Of a DNA stretch of 64,000 bases, positions 53,980-62,584 are shown piece after piece. The notes below the pieces were generated by a model, which was not told the origin of the DNA, searched no databases, and saw only the letters and a list, made by a program, of their open reading frames with translations. The translations under genes were made by a program, and so were the position numbers. This DNA is from a virus (taxonomy: Duplodnaviria; Caudoviricetes). The stretch lies in IMG/VR virus record IMGVR_UViG_3300029267_004155; one strand, given 5' to 3'. Every line of letters begins with the position of its first letter. The first letter of the stretch is position 1.

Positions 53980-54446
53980 TGCCGGCCTACGACTACAGGT
54001 GCCGCGGGTGCGGCGACGTCGTCGAGGTGGTTCACGGCATGACCGAGTCGCCCGCGGTCGGGTGCGCCTGCGGCGCCCTCATGGCCAGGATGCCGTCGTG
54101 CCCGAACATAGGGCGTGGACGCACGCTCCTGGGAGGGCGGCTGAAGGACAGGGGCACGGTCCGGGACCACATGAGGGAGGTCCTGAGGGAGGATCACGGG
54201 GTCCATAACGTTCACGCGTCTCCCGGAAGGACGCTGGACGAGGTGTATAATGACGTGAGGGACGCTGGCTCGTTCGTGAAGGAGCGGATGGCCCAGGAGT
54301 CCGAGAGGAACGCGGCGAAGTTGGCGGCCAGGAGGAAGGAGCGCCACAGGACGGCGCCGCAACGCATCCCGGGCAGGGTGAGAGAGGTGGCCGAGAGGGC
54401 CAGGCGCAAGAAGGCCGAAGGACGGGCCGTGCGCGTCTCGGGATGA
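53979..54446 (+). CDS. FmdB-family zinc-ribbon protein
   Basis: MPAYDYRCRGCG..VEV.H.M...CACG. Confidence 0.8.
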   Translation: MPAYDYRCRGCGDVVEVVHGMTESPAVGCACGALMARMPSCPNIGRGRTLLGGRLKDRGTVRDHMREVLREDHGVHNVHASPGRTLDEVYNDVRDAGSFVKERMAQESERNAAKLAARRKERHRTAPQRIPGRVREVAERARRKKAEGRAVRVSG

Positions 54447-54466
54447 TAATATGACAGGAGACGAGC

Positions 54467-54919
54467 ATGCTTCCAGTGGCGGCCGTGATGCTGCCTGGCG
54501 GCTCCGAGAGGGCGCGCCGGGTGACGAGGTGGTCCTCCGAGCTGGCTCTCGACCAGAATGGTCATGTCTTGGAGCCTGACGCCGTCGGGCCCGGATGGGC
54601 TCCTCCCGAAGACGCCGAGCTGGTCCACTTCCTGAGACCGGGGATGGTGGCTCTCCCTCACCTGTACCGGGTGGCTTCCTGCGTGATCGAGGACTCCGGG
54701 GCCGACTTCGCCCTGGTCGGGGTCCTGTCGGTCGGCGGGGACGGGGCGGACGTGCTGGAGGGGGACGCGGTCGCGTCGTCGAGGCTGGTGGTCAGGTCGT
54801 GGGTGGCCAGGGAGTTCGGGATGCCGAAGGAGGGGGTTGACGCGTTCGCGGCCGGGGTCGTCTCGGAGTACCGGGGCGCCCAGGTGCCCCATGTCCTATG
54901 CGTGGAGGATTTCGCGTGA
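54467..54919 (+). CDS. hypothetical protein
   Basis: AGGAG SD; stop overlaps the nrdJ start. Confidence 0.6.
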   Translation: MLPVAAVMLPGGSERARRVTRWSSELALDQNGHVLEPDAVGPGWAPPEDAELVHFLRPGMVALPHLYRVASCVIEDSGADFALVGVLSVGGDGADVLEGDAVASSRLVVRSWVAREFGMPKEGVDAFAAGVVSEYRGAQVPHVLCVEDFA

Positions 54920-56832
54920 TGGAGCTTCCCACTACCTATCAGCAGTTTGTCCATCTCTCAAGGTACGCCAGGTGGGTCGAGTCCGAGGGCCGGCGCGAGA
55001 CCTGGGAGGAGACGGTCGACCGGTACATGGACCACATGTGTGACGTCAAGTGCCGGGGTAAGATTGACGATGTCACGAGAGGAGAGCTTAGGAATGGCAT
55101 TCTGAACCTGGAGGTGATGCCGAGCATGCGGTGCATGATGTCGGCGGGGCCTGCTTTGGAGAGGGACGAGGTGGCGGGATACAACTGCAGCGCGGTAAAG
55201 ATTGACCATCCGGTTGTCTTTGACGAGATATTATTCCTCTTGATGTGTGGTGTCGGTGTGGGGTTCTCGGTGGAAAGGCAGTTTATTTGTGGGCTTCCCG
55301 TCGTTGCGGAGAGGTTTTATCCTTCGCCGACTGTGATCAAAGTGGAGGATTCGAAGATCGGTTGGTGTGACGCCTTGAGGGAGCTGATCGGCATGTTGTA
55401 TTCGGGCAGGGTGCCGAAGTGGAACGTTGACGACATTCGACCTGCTGGCTCTAGACTCAAGACGTTTGGCGGGAGAGCGTCGGGTCCGCAGCCGCTTGTC
55501 GACCTGTTCGGGTTCGTGGTTCGCCTTTTTGAGGGGGCGTGTGGTAGGAGGTTGACGTCGATTGAATGTCACGATCTTGTTTGTAAGATCGCGGATGCCG
55601 TGGTGGTTGGCGGGGTTAGGCGTAGCGCGACTTTGAGCCTGAGTAATCCGAGCGATGACAGAATGAGGCATGCCAAGAGTGGGGATTGGTATAAAACCGA
55701 GCCGCAGAGGGCTCTCGCGAATATAAGTTCGGCTTACACGGAGAAGCCGAGCATGGATGTGTTTTTTCGGGAGTGGTTTGCTCTTTTTGAAAGCAAGAGT
55801 GGCGAGCGAGGCATTTTCAATCGGGAGGCGGCTTTGGTCCGTGCCGCTGAGCTGGGGCGCTCGGTAGATGTTGATTACGGGTTGAATCCTTGCGGCGAGA
55901 TTCTTCTGAATCTCGAAGGGGGGTTGTGCAACTTGTCGGAGGTGGTTGTGCGTCCGGACGACGATGAGTCTTCGTTGCGGCGGAAAGCGCGTCTTGCCAC
56001 GATTCTCGGAACGATGCAGGCCACCCTGGTCGATTTTCGTTACTTGCGGGACGTTTGGAGGAGGAACGCAGAGGAAGAGGCGCTTCTCGGGGTTAGTCTG
56101 ACTGGCATATTCGACAATCCGCTGATGTACACCAACAAGCGGGAACTTGGTAAGATGTTGGAGCGGCTTCGGGAGGGTGTGGTGAGCGTCAATGCGGAGT
56201 GGGCGGAAAAGTTGGGCGTGAACAGGGCAGCAGCGGTCACGTGCGTCAAGCCCAGCGGTACTGTTGGACAGCTCTGCTCGTGTAGTTCGGGTATTCATCC
56301 GAGATATGCCAAGTATTATGTTCGGCGCGTTCGGGCTGCCAAGAATGATCCGTTGGCAAGAATGATGGTGGAGCTTGGAGTGCCTTGCGAGGACGATGTG
56401 ACCAAGCCGGACAACAATTGGGTGTTTTCGTTTGCCCACCATTTTTCAGGTAAGACGGTGGTTTCTAAGGACTTGACGGCTATCAGGCATTTGGAGATAT
56501 GGCGCGTATACAGGAAGCATTGGTGCCATCACAATCCGAGCTGCACCGTCGAGTTGGAGGAGAGTGACTGGATGGAGGTGGGGGCGTGGGTTTACAAGCA
56601 TTTTGACGAGGTGGGAGGTATAACCTTCTTCCCAAGGTCGACGCATTCTTATGTTCAGGCTCCATACGGGGAGTGTTCTGAGGACGAGTATGAAAGGCTG
56701 GCAAAGCAGATGCCGAGGGCCGTCGACTGGTCGAGGCTGAGGGAGTTCGAGACGGAGGATCACACGGCTGGCCCGAAGTCCTATGCCTGCACGGGCGAGA
56801 AGGGTGCCTGCGAGGTCGTGGACCTGGTGTAG
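54919..56832 (+). CDS. nrdJ: class II (AdoCbl-dependent) ribonucleotide reductase
   Basis: SRYARW..ETWEETVDRY, YNC, GVGVGFS, VVGGVRRSA, NPCGEI, CNLSEV, TCVKPSGT, C-terminal Cys pair. Confidence 0.92.
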   Translation: MELPTTYQQFVHLSRYARWVESEGRRETWEETVDRYMDHMCDVKCRGKIDDVTRGELRNGILNLEVMPSMRCMMSAGPALERDEVAGYNCSAVKIDHPVVFDEILFLLMCGVGVGFSVERQFICGLPVVAERFYPSPTVIKVEDSKIGWCDALRELIGMLYSGRVPKWNVDDIRPAGSRLKTFGGRASGPQPLVDLFGFVVRLFEGACGRRLTSIECHDLVCKIADAVVVGGVRRSATLSLSNPSDDRMRHAKSGDWYKTEPQRALANISSAYTEKPSMDVFFREWFALFESKSGERGIFNREAALVRAAELGRSVDVDYGLNPCGEILLNLEGGLCNLSEVVVRPDDDESSLRRKARLATILGTMQATLVDFRYLRDVWRRNAEEEALLGVSLTGIFDNPLMYTNKRELGKMLERLREGVVSVNAEWAEKLGVNRAAAVTCVKPSGTVGQLCSCSSGIHPRYAKYYVRRVRAAKNDPLARMMVELGVPCEDDVTKPDNNWVFSFAHHFSGKTVVSKDLTAIRHLEIWRVYRKHWCHHNPSCTVELEESDWMEVGAWVYKHFDEVGGITFFPRSTHSYVQAPYGECSEDEYERLAKQMPRAVDWSRLREFETEDHTAGPKSYACTGEKGACEVVDLV

Positions 56833-56843
56833 AGGAGAAGAGA

Positions 56844-57704
56844 ATGGCATCGAGGCTAAACGAGCAGTTCGACGGGGTCTTCTACGTCAACCTGGATCGC
56901 AGGCCTGACAGGCGGGAGTCCTTCGAGGCCCAGCTCGCGAAGGTCGGCGTGGAGGCCGAGCGCTTCTCCGCGGTCGACGACGCGGAGAACCCGGAGAGGG
57001 GCTGCTTCATGTCTCACCGCTCCGTCTACCGGATGGCGCTGGAGCGGGGCATGGGTAGTGTCGTGGTGCTGGAGGACGACGCGGTCTTCACGGACCGCTT
57101 CGACGAGAAGCTGGAATGGCTGGACGACGTCCCCGGCGACTGGGGCTGCATCCACCTCGGGGGCTCCAGGTGGCCTCCGCCCGGGTGCGTCCTGGACGAC
57201 ATCAGGCCGCGGCACGTGGCCGGCCACTGCTGGGAGCTGAGGGACGAGTTCTGCGCCCATTTCTGCGCGTTCCGCCATGACGTCCTGGAGGAGTTCGCCG
57301 GCAAGGAGTGGCTGGGGGCTCCGTTCGACGACGTGATCCGGGGGCGCTTCTCGGGCGGCTGCTTCGACTGCGGGTGGTACGGGCTGATGACGGCGGACGA
57401 GGCGAGCAGGATCGGGGACTGGGGGCTGGCGATCCAGGAGAACAGGCATTTGGACAGCGACCTGGAGGAGAGCAGGAGCCGGCGCAGGAGGGCCGGCTCC
57501 AGGGCGCACGTGGCCGGGGACGAGTGCTACCATGCCGGCGACCACGGCGGCGCGTTCGAGGAATGGGAGAGGGGCGCGACGCTGGGGCATCGGCAGTGCA
57601 TAATGAATCTGGTTTGGGCGTACACGGAGGGCATCGGCACGGAGGCCGACCCGGAAAAGGTGGCGCTCTGGACGGAGAGGGCCCATGAGGCGGCCCCGTC
57701 GTAA
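56844..57704 (+). CDS. GT25-like glycosyltransferase + SEL1 repeat
   Basis: YVNLDRRPDR, FSAVD, GCFMSH, VLEDDA; CIMNLVWAYTEGIG. Confidence 0.85.
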   Translation: MASRLNEQFDGVFYVNLDRRPDRRESFEAQLAKVGVEAERFSAVDDAENPERGCFMSHRSVYRMALERGMGSVVVLEDDAVFTDRFDEKLEWLDDVPGDWGCIHLGGSRWPPPGCVLDDIRPRHVAGHCWELRDEFCAHFCAFRHDVLEEFAGKEWLGAPFDDVIRGRFSGGCFDCGWYGLMTADEASRIGDWGLAIQENRHLDSDLEESRSRRRRAGSRAHVAGDECYHAGDHGGAFEEWERGATLGHRQCIMNLVWAYTEGIGTEADPEKVALWTERAHEAAPS

Positions 57705-57719
57705 AAAGGAGAGCTGGCT

Positions 57720-58157
57720 ATGAGAAGGTGGACAGGTCTGATTCTGATGGCGGTGGCGGCGACCCTCACGGGTTGCGCGAGCATGGGTGGCGGGAAGGTC
57801 TGGACGTGGAACCAGCGGCAGGCCCTGTCGAGGTCCGGCGGCGACATCGCCATGACGGCGCTGCTGGACCAGGGCGTCGACAAGGCGGAGGCGGTCGAGG
57901 TGTGCAGGTCGATAGCGGAGTACCTGGAGAGCGGGGCCGTGTCGAAGGAGGTCTTCCAGAAGTACGTCTACAAGCTCGTCCCGGTGGCGTACGCGGACTG
58001 GGTCGACGCCCTGTTCCTGGTGATCGGGAACGTGGAGCTGGAGGAGCAGATACCGGCGGAGGTCAGGACGGCGCTCGTCAGCTTCCTGAGGGACGGGGCC
58101 CTGTACGGGGCCGGTCTCTACAAGGACGAGCACAAGCCGGCCGAGGAGGGGCGATGA
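57720..58157 (+). CDS. predicted lipoprotein
   Basis: Basic N-terminus, hydrophobic stretch, lipobox LTGC. Confidence 0.75.
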   Translation: MRRWTGLILMAVAATLTGCASMGGGKVWTWNQRQALSRSGGDIAMTALLDQGVDKAEAVEVCRSIAEYLESGAVSKEVFQKYVYKLVPVAYADWVDALFLVIGNVELEEQIPAEVRTALVSFLRDGALYGAGLYKDEHKPAEEGR

Positions 58158-58846
58158 GCAAGTTCGTGGCGGTGGCGTGGGTGCGGACGGGCTCCACCGC
58201 GCTCCGGGCGATGCTTCATGCGCATCCCGACATCAGGATGCTGGGTGACATCTTCACCGAGGGGACGGACATGTACGTCGACGAGCCGCCGAGCACCGAG
58301 CTGCTCGACCGCCTGTTCCGCGAGAACGACGGCTTCATGTTCCTGACGCACTGGAAGGTCGAGCAGCTTTTCGCGTGTCGCAACTGGGATGTCCGGTACG
58401 TGGTCCTGTGGCGCAGGAACATCCTTCAGGCCCTCATCTCCGAGCTGACGTGCCGGCGCTGCGGGGTGTGGTGGGAAGGGCATGTGAGGAGCCACATGCG
58501 CAGGGTGGCCACGCTCGGGTCGTTCCCCGTCGACGAGGTCCGGGCCAAGGCCGAGGAGAGGAGGATGCAGTGCGAGAAGGTCAAGGACCTGCTCGGGAGC
58601 CGCAAGGCTCTGTGGGTCTTCCACGAGGACCTGTTCTCCGGCCCTTTCGAGAAGAGGGTCGAGGTCATGAGGCGCGTCTTCGATTTCATCGGGTTTCCGA
58701 TGGGGGACCATCCGGGGATCGTGGACCACCTGAGGCCCGAGCGGAAGCACAACTCGACCGCGACATACCGGAAGATCGAGAACGTGGACGAGATAGAGGC
58801 TGCCCTGGCGGCCGAGTACGGGAGCCTGTTCGATGGCGAGGGCTGA
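58154..58846 (+). CDS. Stf0-like sulfotransferase, paralog 1
   Basis: VRTGST..LHAHPDI, VLWRRNIL..IS, HEDL. Confidence 0.72.
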   Translation: MSKFVAVAWVRTGSTALRAMLHAHPDIRMLGDIFTEGTDMYVDEPPSTELLDRLFRENDGFMFLTHWKVEQLFACRNWDVRYVVLWRRNILQALISELTCRRCGVWWEGHVRSHMRRVATLGSFPVDEVRAKAEERRMQCEKVKDLLGSRKALWVFHEDLFSGPFEKRVEVMRRVFDFIGFPMGDHPGIVDHLRPERKHNSTATYRKIENVDEIEAALAAEYGSLFDGEG

Positions 58847-58847
58847 C

Positions 58848-59549
58848 ATGGCCGGCAAGTTCGTGGTCGTGACCTGGCCGAGGAGCGGGTCGACGTCGCT
58901 GAAGCACGCGATGTGGGCGCATCCGGACGCGAGCTTCAAGGGCGACGTCTTCAACCCGGACGACAGCAGCTATTGCGGGTCGCCTCCTGGCCGGGAGGCG
59001 ATCGGCAGGCTGTTCGGCCAGGTTGACGGCTTCATGTTCACGCCGCACTGGAAGGACGGCTTCGTCGACGAGGTCATGGGCTACCGCGACTGCCCGGTCA
59101 GGTTCGTGGTCCTGTGGCGGCGCAACGTCCTGAGGGCCGTCGTGAGCGAGGCGATATGCACGGTGAACGACGTGTGGATGGAGGCCGACGTGAGGAGGTT
59201 CCTCCGGGGCCGGGACTCGCTGGGCGCGCTGCCGATGCCGGAGATCGAGAAGATGGCCGCCCGCAGGGTCGGGCAGGTGGAGCGGGTCAGGCGCCTGGCC
59301 GAGGGTCTGGACGTCATGTGGGTGGAGCACGCCGAGCTCTACGGGGGGGCGATGGAGTCGCGGGTGGCGGCCCTGGGCGACGTGTTCGAGTTCGTGGGCA
59401 TGTCCCGGGAGGACGGCCCGGAGGTGACGGGCCATGTGGCCCCGGGCCGCAGGCATCTGTCGGCCGAGGCTTATCGGATGATCGAGAACGTCGACGAGAT
59501 CGAGGCGACGTTCTCGGAGAGGCACGGGAGCCTGTTCGATGGCCCTTAG
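58848..59549 (+). CDS. Stf0-like sulfotransferase, paralog 2
   Basis: PRSGSTS..WAHPD, VLWRRNVL..VS; shares the IENVDEIEA tail with paralog 1. Confidence 0.72.
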   Translation: MAGKFVVVTWPRSGSTSLKHAMWAHPDASFKGDVFNPDDSSYCGSPPGREAIGRLFGQVDGFMFTPHWKDGFVDEVMGYRDCPVRFVVLWRRNVLRAVVSEAICTVNDVWMEADVRRFLRGRDSLGALPMPEIEKMAARRVGQVERVRRLAEGLDVMWVEHAELYGGAMESRVAALGDVFEFVGMSREDGPEVTGHVAPGRRHLSAEAYRMIENVDEIEATFSERHGSLFDGP

Positions 59550-60405
59550 CGACTATTTCGACGCGGTCTTCTACATCAACCTGGATCGCCGGGGCGACCG
59601 GCGCGAGGCCATCGAGGCGCAGCTTGGCGCCCACGGCATCGAGGCCGAGCGCTTCTCCGCGGTCGACGACGCGGAGAACCCGGAGAGGGGCTGCTTCATG
59701 TCCCATCGCGAGGTGGCCAGGATGGCGCGGGACAGGGGGCTCTCGACCTACTTCGTATTCGAGGACGACGCGCTGCTGCCGGAGGATTTCGACGAGAGGC
59801 TGGACGCCGGGATGCCGGAGCTGCCGGGGGACTGGGACGGCGTCTACCTCGGGGCGTGGTACTGGACCCCGGCGACGGAGAAGGAGGAGGAGCGCAGGCC
59901 GGTGCCCGTGTCGGGCGGCTGGCACCGGGTCTTCTGCGCCTACCTGCTGGTCTCGTACGGGCTGAGGGTCGATGGCGCCCCGGCGGCGAGCCTGGCGGCC
60001 GCGGAGTTCGACCCGGCGGTCCCGGCGGACGACTTCATGGTGGGCCTCCAGCTCGGAGGCGAGTGCAGGTTCTACGCCCTGATGGAGGCGTCGCAGGTCG
60101 GCGCGGACGTGATAGGGTTCGTCGGGCACGACACGTCGTCCCCGAGCGACCTGGCGGCGGGGCGAGACAGGCGCGTGACGCCGGCGAGGATGCAGCTGGA
60201 GGGGGACGACTGGTTCCACGGGAGGGGTTGCGAGCCGAACCACAGGAAGGCTGTCGAATGCTGGTCCAAGGGGGCCGAGGCCGGCGGGGCGCAGTGCATG
60301 CGAAACCTGGCCTGGGCCTACTCCCGCGGGTTCGGCGTGTCGGTGGACGAGGCCAGGGCGGCGGCGTGGCTGTCCAGGGCCGAGGAGATGGAGAAGGCGT
60401 CATGA
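59539..60405 (+). CDS. GT25-like glycosyltransferase + SEL1 repeat
   Basis: YINLDRRGDR, GCFMSH, FEDDA; CMRNLAWAYSRG. Confidence 0.85.
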   Translation: MALSDYFDAVFYINLDRRGDRREAIEAQLGAHGIEAERFSAVDDAENPERGCFMSHREVARMARDRGLSTYFVFEDDALLPEDFDERLDAGMPELPGDWDGVYLGAWYWTPATEKEEERRPVPVSGGWHRVFCAYLLVSYGLRVDGAPAASLAAAEFDPAVPADDFMVGLQLGGECRFYALMEASQVGADVIGFVGHDTSSPSDLAAGRDRRVTPARMQLEGDDWFHGRGCEPNHRKAVECWSKGAEAGGAQCMRNLAWAYSRGFGVSVDEARAAAWLSRAEEMEKAS

Positions 60406-60971
60406 GTCGGAGAAGCTCGATGCTGGAGTTGGCCAGGGGCACGGTTGCGACCGTGGGCGACGGGGACCATGAGCAGGGCTCCTTTCCGGAGAAGATGGAC
60501 TTCGTGATTGATGCCGTCGACGAGATCGAGTTCGTCTACGACCCGGAGGAGGACGAGGGGTGGGGGAAGGCCGACCAGGAGTACGACGGCGAGCTCCGGC
60601 ACGTCAACAAGCCCCCGACGGTGCTTCGGCGCATGGCGGCGTCCGAGCCGGCCGAGGGGGAGGTCGCGGCCATCCAGGCGGCCATGAGGGCGTGGGCCGT
60701 GATGCAGCCGGGCATGCGTGGCGCCGGCGGAGGCGTCGAGGCCGGGTCGGTTGACCGCGGGGAGCCGCGGGAGGCGATCATGGCTTCGAGCATGATGGAG
60801 CTGGCGAGCTCCGCCGAGCGCGTGGCGTGGCCGTCGGTTGGCGGCACGCTGTCGACGGACTGCCCGGCGTCCGGCGGGGGAGGTCGCTTCCTGGGCCTCG
60901 ACGTGATAGACTACGAGACGCTGGAGGAGGTGGCGAGGGAGCATCCGCTGGAGGACGACGACTGGTATTGA
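60402..60971 (+). CDS. acidic hypothetical protein
   Basis: ATGA-coupled ORF. Confidence 0.5.
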   Translation: MSRRSSMLELARGTVATVGDGDHEQGSFPEKMDFVIDAVDEIEFVYDPEEDEGWGKADQEYDGELRHVNKPPTVLRRMAASEPAEGEVAAIQAAMRAWAVMQPGMRGAGGGVEAGSVDRGEPREAIMASSMMELASSAERVAWPSVGGTLSTDCPASGGGGRFLGLDVIDYETLEEVAREHPLEDDDWY

Positions 60972-60998
60972 GCTGCGAGGGCACAAAGGAGGACGGTC

Positions 60999-61430
60999 AT
61001 GGGAATCGAGCAAGTGAAGGCGCTGCTGGAGCAGATCGGGGCGAATGAGGCTTCGCCGGAGAACGTGGCGAAGGTGAACGAGAACATCGCGGAGGTGGCG
61101 AAGGTGGTCTCGACCGTCGAGGTTGCGATCTCGGACGGCCTCCAGTGGTCCGACGTCTCGGTCATCGGCAAGATCGTGCCGGACGTGATGAGGATGGCGG
61201 CCGGCTTCAAGGACTACGGGGGGCTCGCCAGGCGCGACTTCGTGATCGAGGTGGTGTGGCTGGTCTACCGGCTCGTGGACACCTTCCCCGACGGCAAGCG
61301 GAACAACATCAACATCCCGTTCCTGGCGGGCTCGTTCGAGCGCAGGATGGAGCGGGCCGTCGTGGCCTTCGCCGCCGGCATGGCGGTCGACGGGCTCTAC
61401 GGGCGCATGAAGGACGACGGAGAGGTGTGA
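60999..61430 (+). CDS. hypothetical protein
   Basis: AAGGAGG SD. Confidence 0.7.
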   Translation: MGIEQVKALLEQIGANEASPENVAKVNENIAEVAKVVSTVEVAISDGLQWSDVSVIGKIVPDVMRMAAGFKDYGGLARRDFVIEVVWLVYRLVDTFPDGKRNNINIPFLAGSFERRMERAVVAFAAGMAVDGLYGRMKDDGEV

Positions 61431-61431
61431 C

Positions 61432-62034
61432 ATGGAGCTCGGCGACTGCGAGGTGAGGAGGATGGCCCTCGACCGGCTTCAGCCGGCCCAGTACAACCCG
61501 AGGAGGATCTCGGACGTGGCGATGGGCGGGCTCGGGAAGTCCATCGACCGCTTCGGGATGCTGGTGCCCATCGTCTGGAACGAGAGGACCGGCAACGTGG
61601 TCGGCGGCCACCAGCGCCTCCGGCACCTGGCGGAGGCCGGCGAGTCGGAGGTCGACGTGGTGGTCGTCGACCTGGACGACCAGGACGAGGTGGCCCTCAA
61701 CATCACCTTGAACAGCCCGCGCCTGCGAGGCACCTTCACCAAGGAGGTGGTCGGGATGCTGGAGGAGGCCTCCGAGTCGATGGGCGACGCCTTCGCCGAG
61801 ATCGGGCTGGAGGACCTTCACAACTTCGTCAAGAGGCTGAGGTTCGACGAGGGTGCTCCTCCTCCCCCTCCGCCGCCTCCGCCCGACGACGGGCCGCAGG
61901 CGGAGGTGGTGGTGACGTGCCCGAGATGCCGGAGCAGGTGGGAGATGACAAGCGGAAGGATAGTGCGGAATGCCCTCGAAGAGCAGGAAGTCGAAGACGG
62001 AGAGCCGGAGCCGGTGGGAGATCAGGAGGGCTAG
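61432..62034 (+). CDS. ParB N-terminal domain protein
   Basis: LQPAQYNPR, SIDRFG, PIVWNERTG.VVGGHQR. Confidence 0.85.
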   Translation: MELGDCEVRRMALDRLQPAQYNPRRISDVAMGGLGKSIDRFGMLVPIVWNERTGNVVGGHQRLRHLAEAGESEVDVVVVDLDDQDEVALNITLNSPRLRGTFTKEVVGMLEEASESMGDAFAEIGLEDLHNFVKRLRFDEGAPPPPPPPPPDDGPQAEVVVTCPRCRSRWEMTSGRIVRNALEEQEVEDGEPEPVGDQEG

Positions 62035-62584
62035 GCTGGCGGACCTGGAGCCGTCGGCCTACAACCCCAGGAAGATCGACGGAGGCGCCATGAGGGCGCT
62101 CTCGGCGTCCCTCCGGAGGTTCGGCTACGTCGAGCCCATCGTCTGGAACGAGAGGACCGGCAGGATCGTCGGCGGCCACCAGAGGCACTCCCTGCTGATG
62201 GACCAGGGCGTCGAGGAGGCGCCGGTCGTGGTGGTCGACTTCTCCGACGAGGAGGAGGTCGCGGCCAACCTGACTCTCAACAACCCCGAGATCGAGGGCG
62301 AGTGGGACGATCCGATCCTGGACCTCATCTCCAGGCTGGAGGACTCCCGGCCGGAGCTGTTCGGCGAGCTGGACTTCGGCGGCCTTCGGGACGCCGTGGA
62401 GGCCATGGCGCCGAAGACCGGCGAGGAGAGCTACGAGGGCAAGAACCGGGAGGTCGACGTGGACGACCTGACGTCCGACTGCGACGTGAAGTGCCCGTGC
62501 TGCTCGTTCGAGTGGGAGATCGACGCGAAGGACGTCGAGGCCGTGGTCGAGCCGCAGGCCGAGGAGGAAGAGGATGACGAGTAG
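61970..62584 (+). CDS. ParB N-terminal domain protein (paralog)
   Basis: LEPSAYNPR, FGYVEPIVWNERTG.IVGGHQR; C-terminal CPCC. Confidence 0.85.
   Translation: MPSKSRKSKTESRSRWEIRRARLADLEPSAYNPRKIDGGAMRALSASLRRFGYVEPIVWNERTGRIVGGHQRHSLLMDQGVEEAPVVVVDFSDEEEVAANLTLNNPEIEGEWDDPILDLISRLEDSRPELFGELDFGGLRDAVEAMAPKTGEESYEGKNREVDVDDLTSDCDVKCPCCSFEWEIDAKDVEAVVEPQAEEEEDDE

Noticed and set aside
57720-61430. Lysis cassette (spanin/holin) for the lipoprotein and ORF 60999
   Set aside because: No endolysin or i-spanin partner is recognisable; evidence is insufficient.
61432-62584. Chromosome or plasmid partition system
   Set aside because: ParB-N domains only, with no HTH, ParA or parS; the context is a phage DNA-methylase module.
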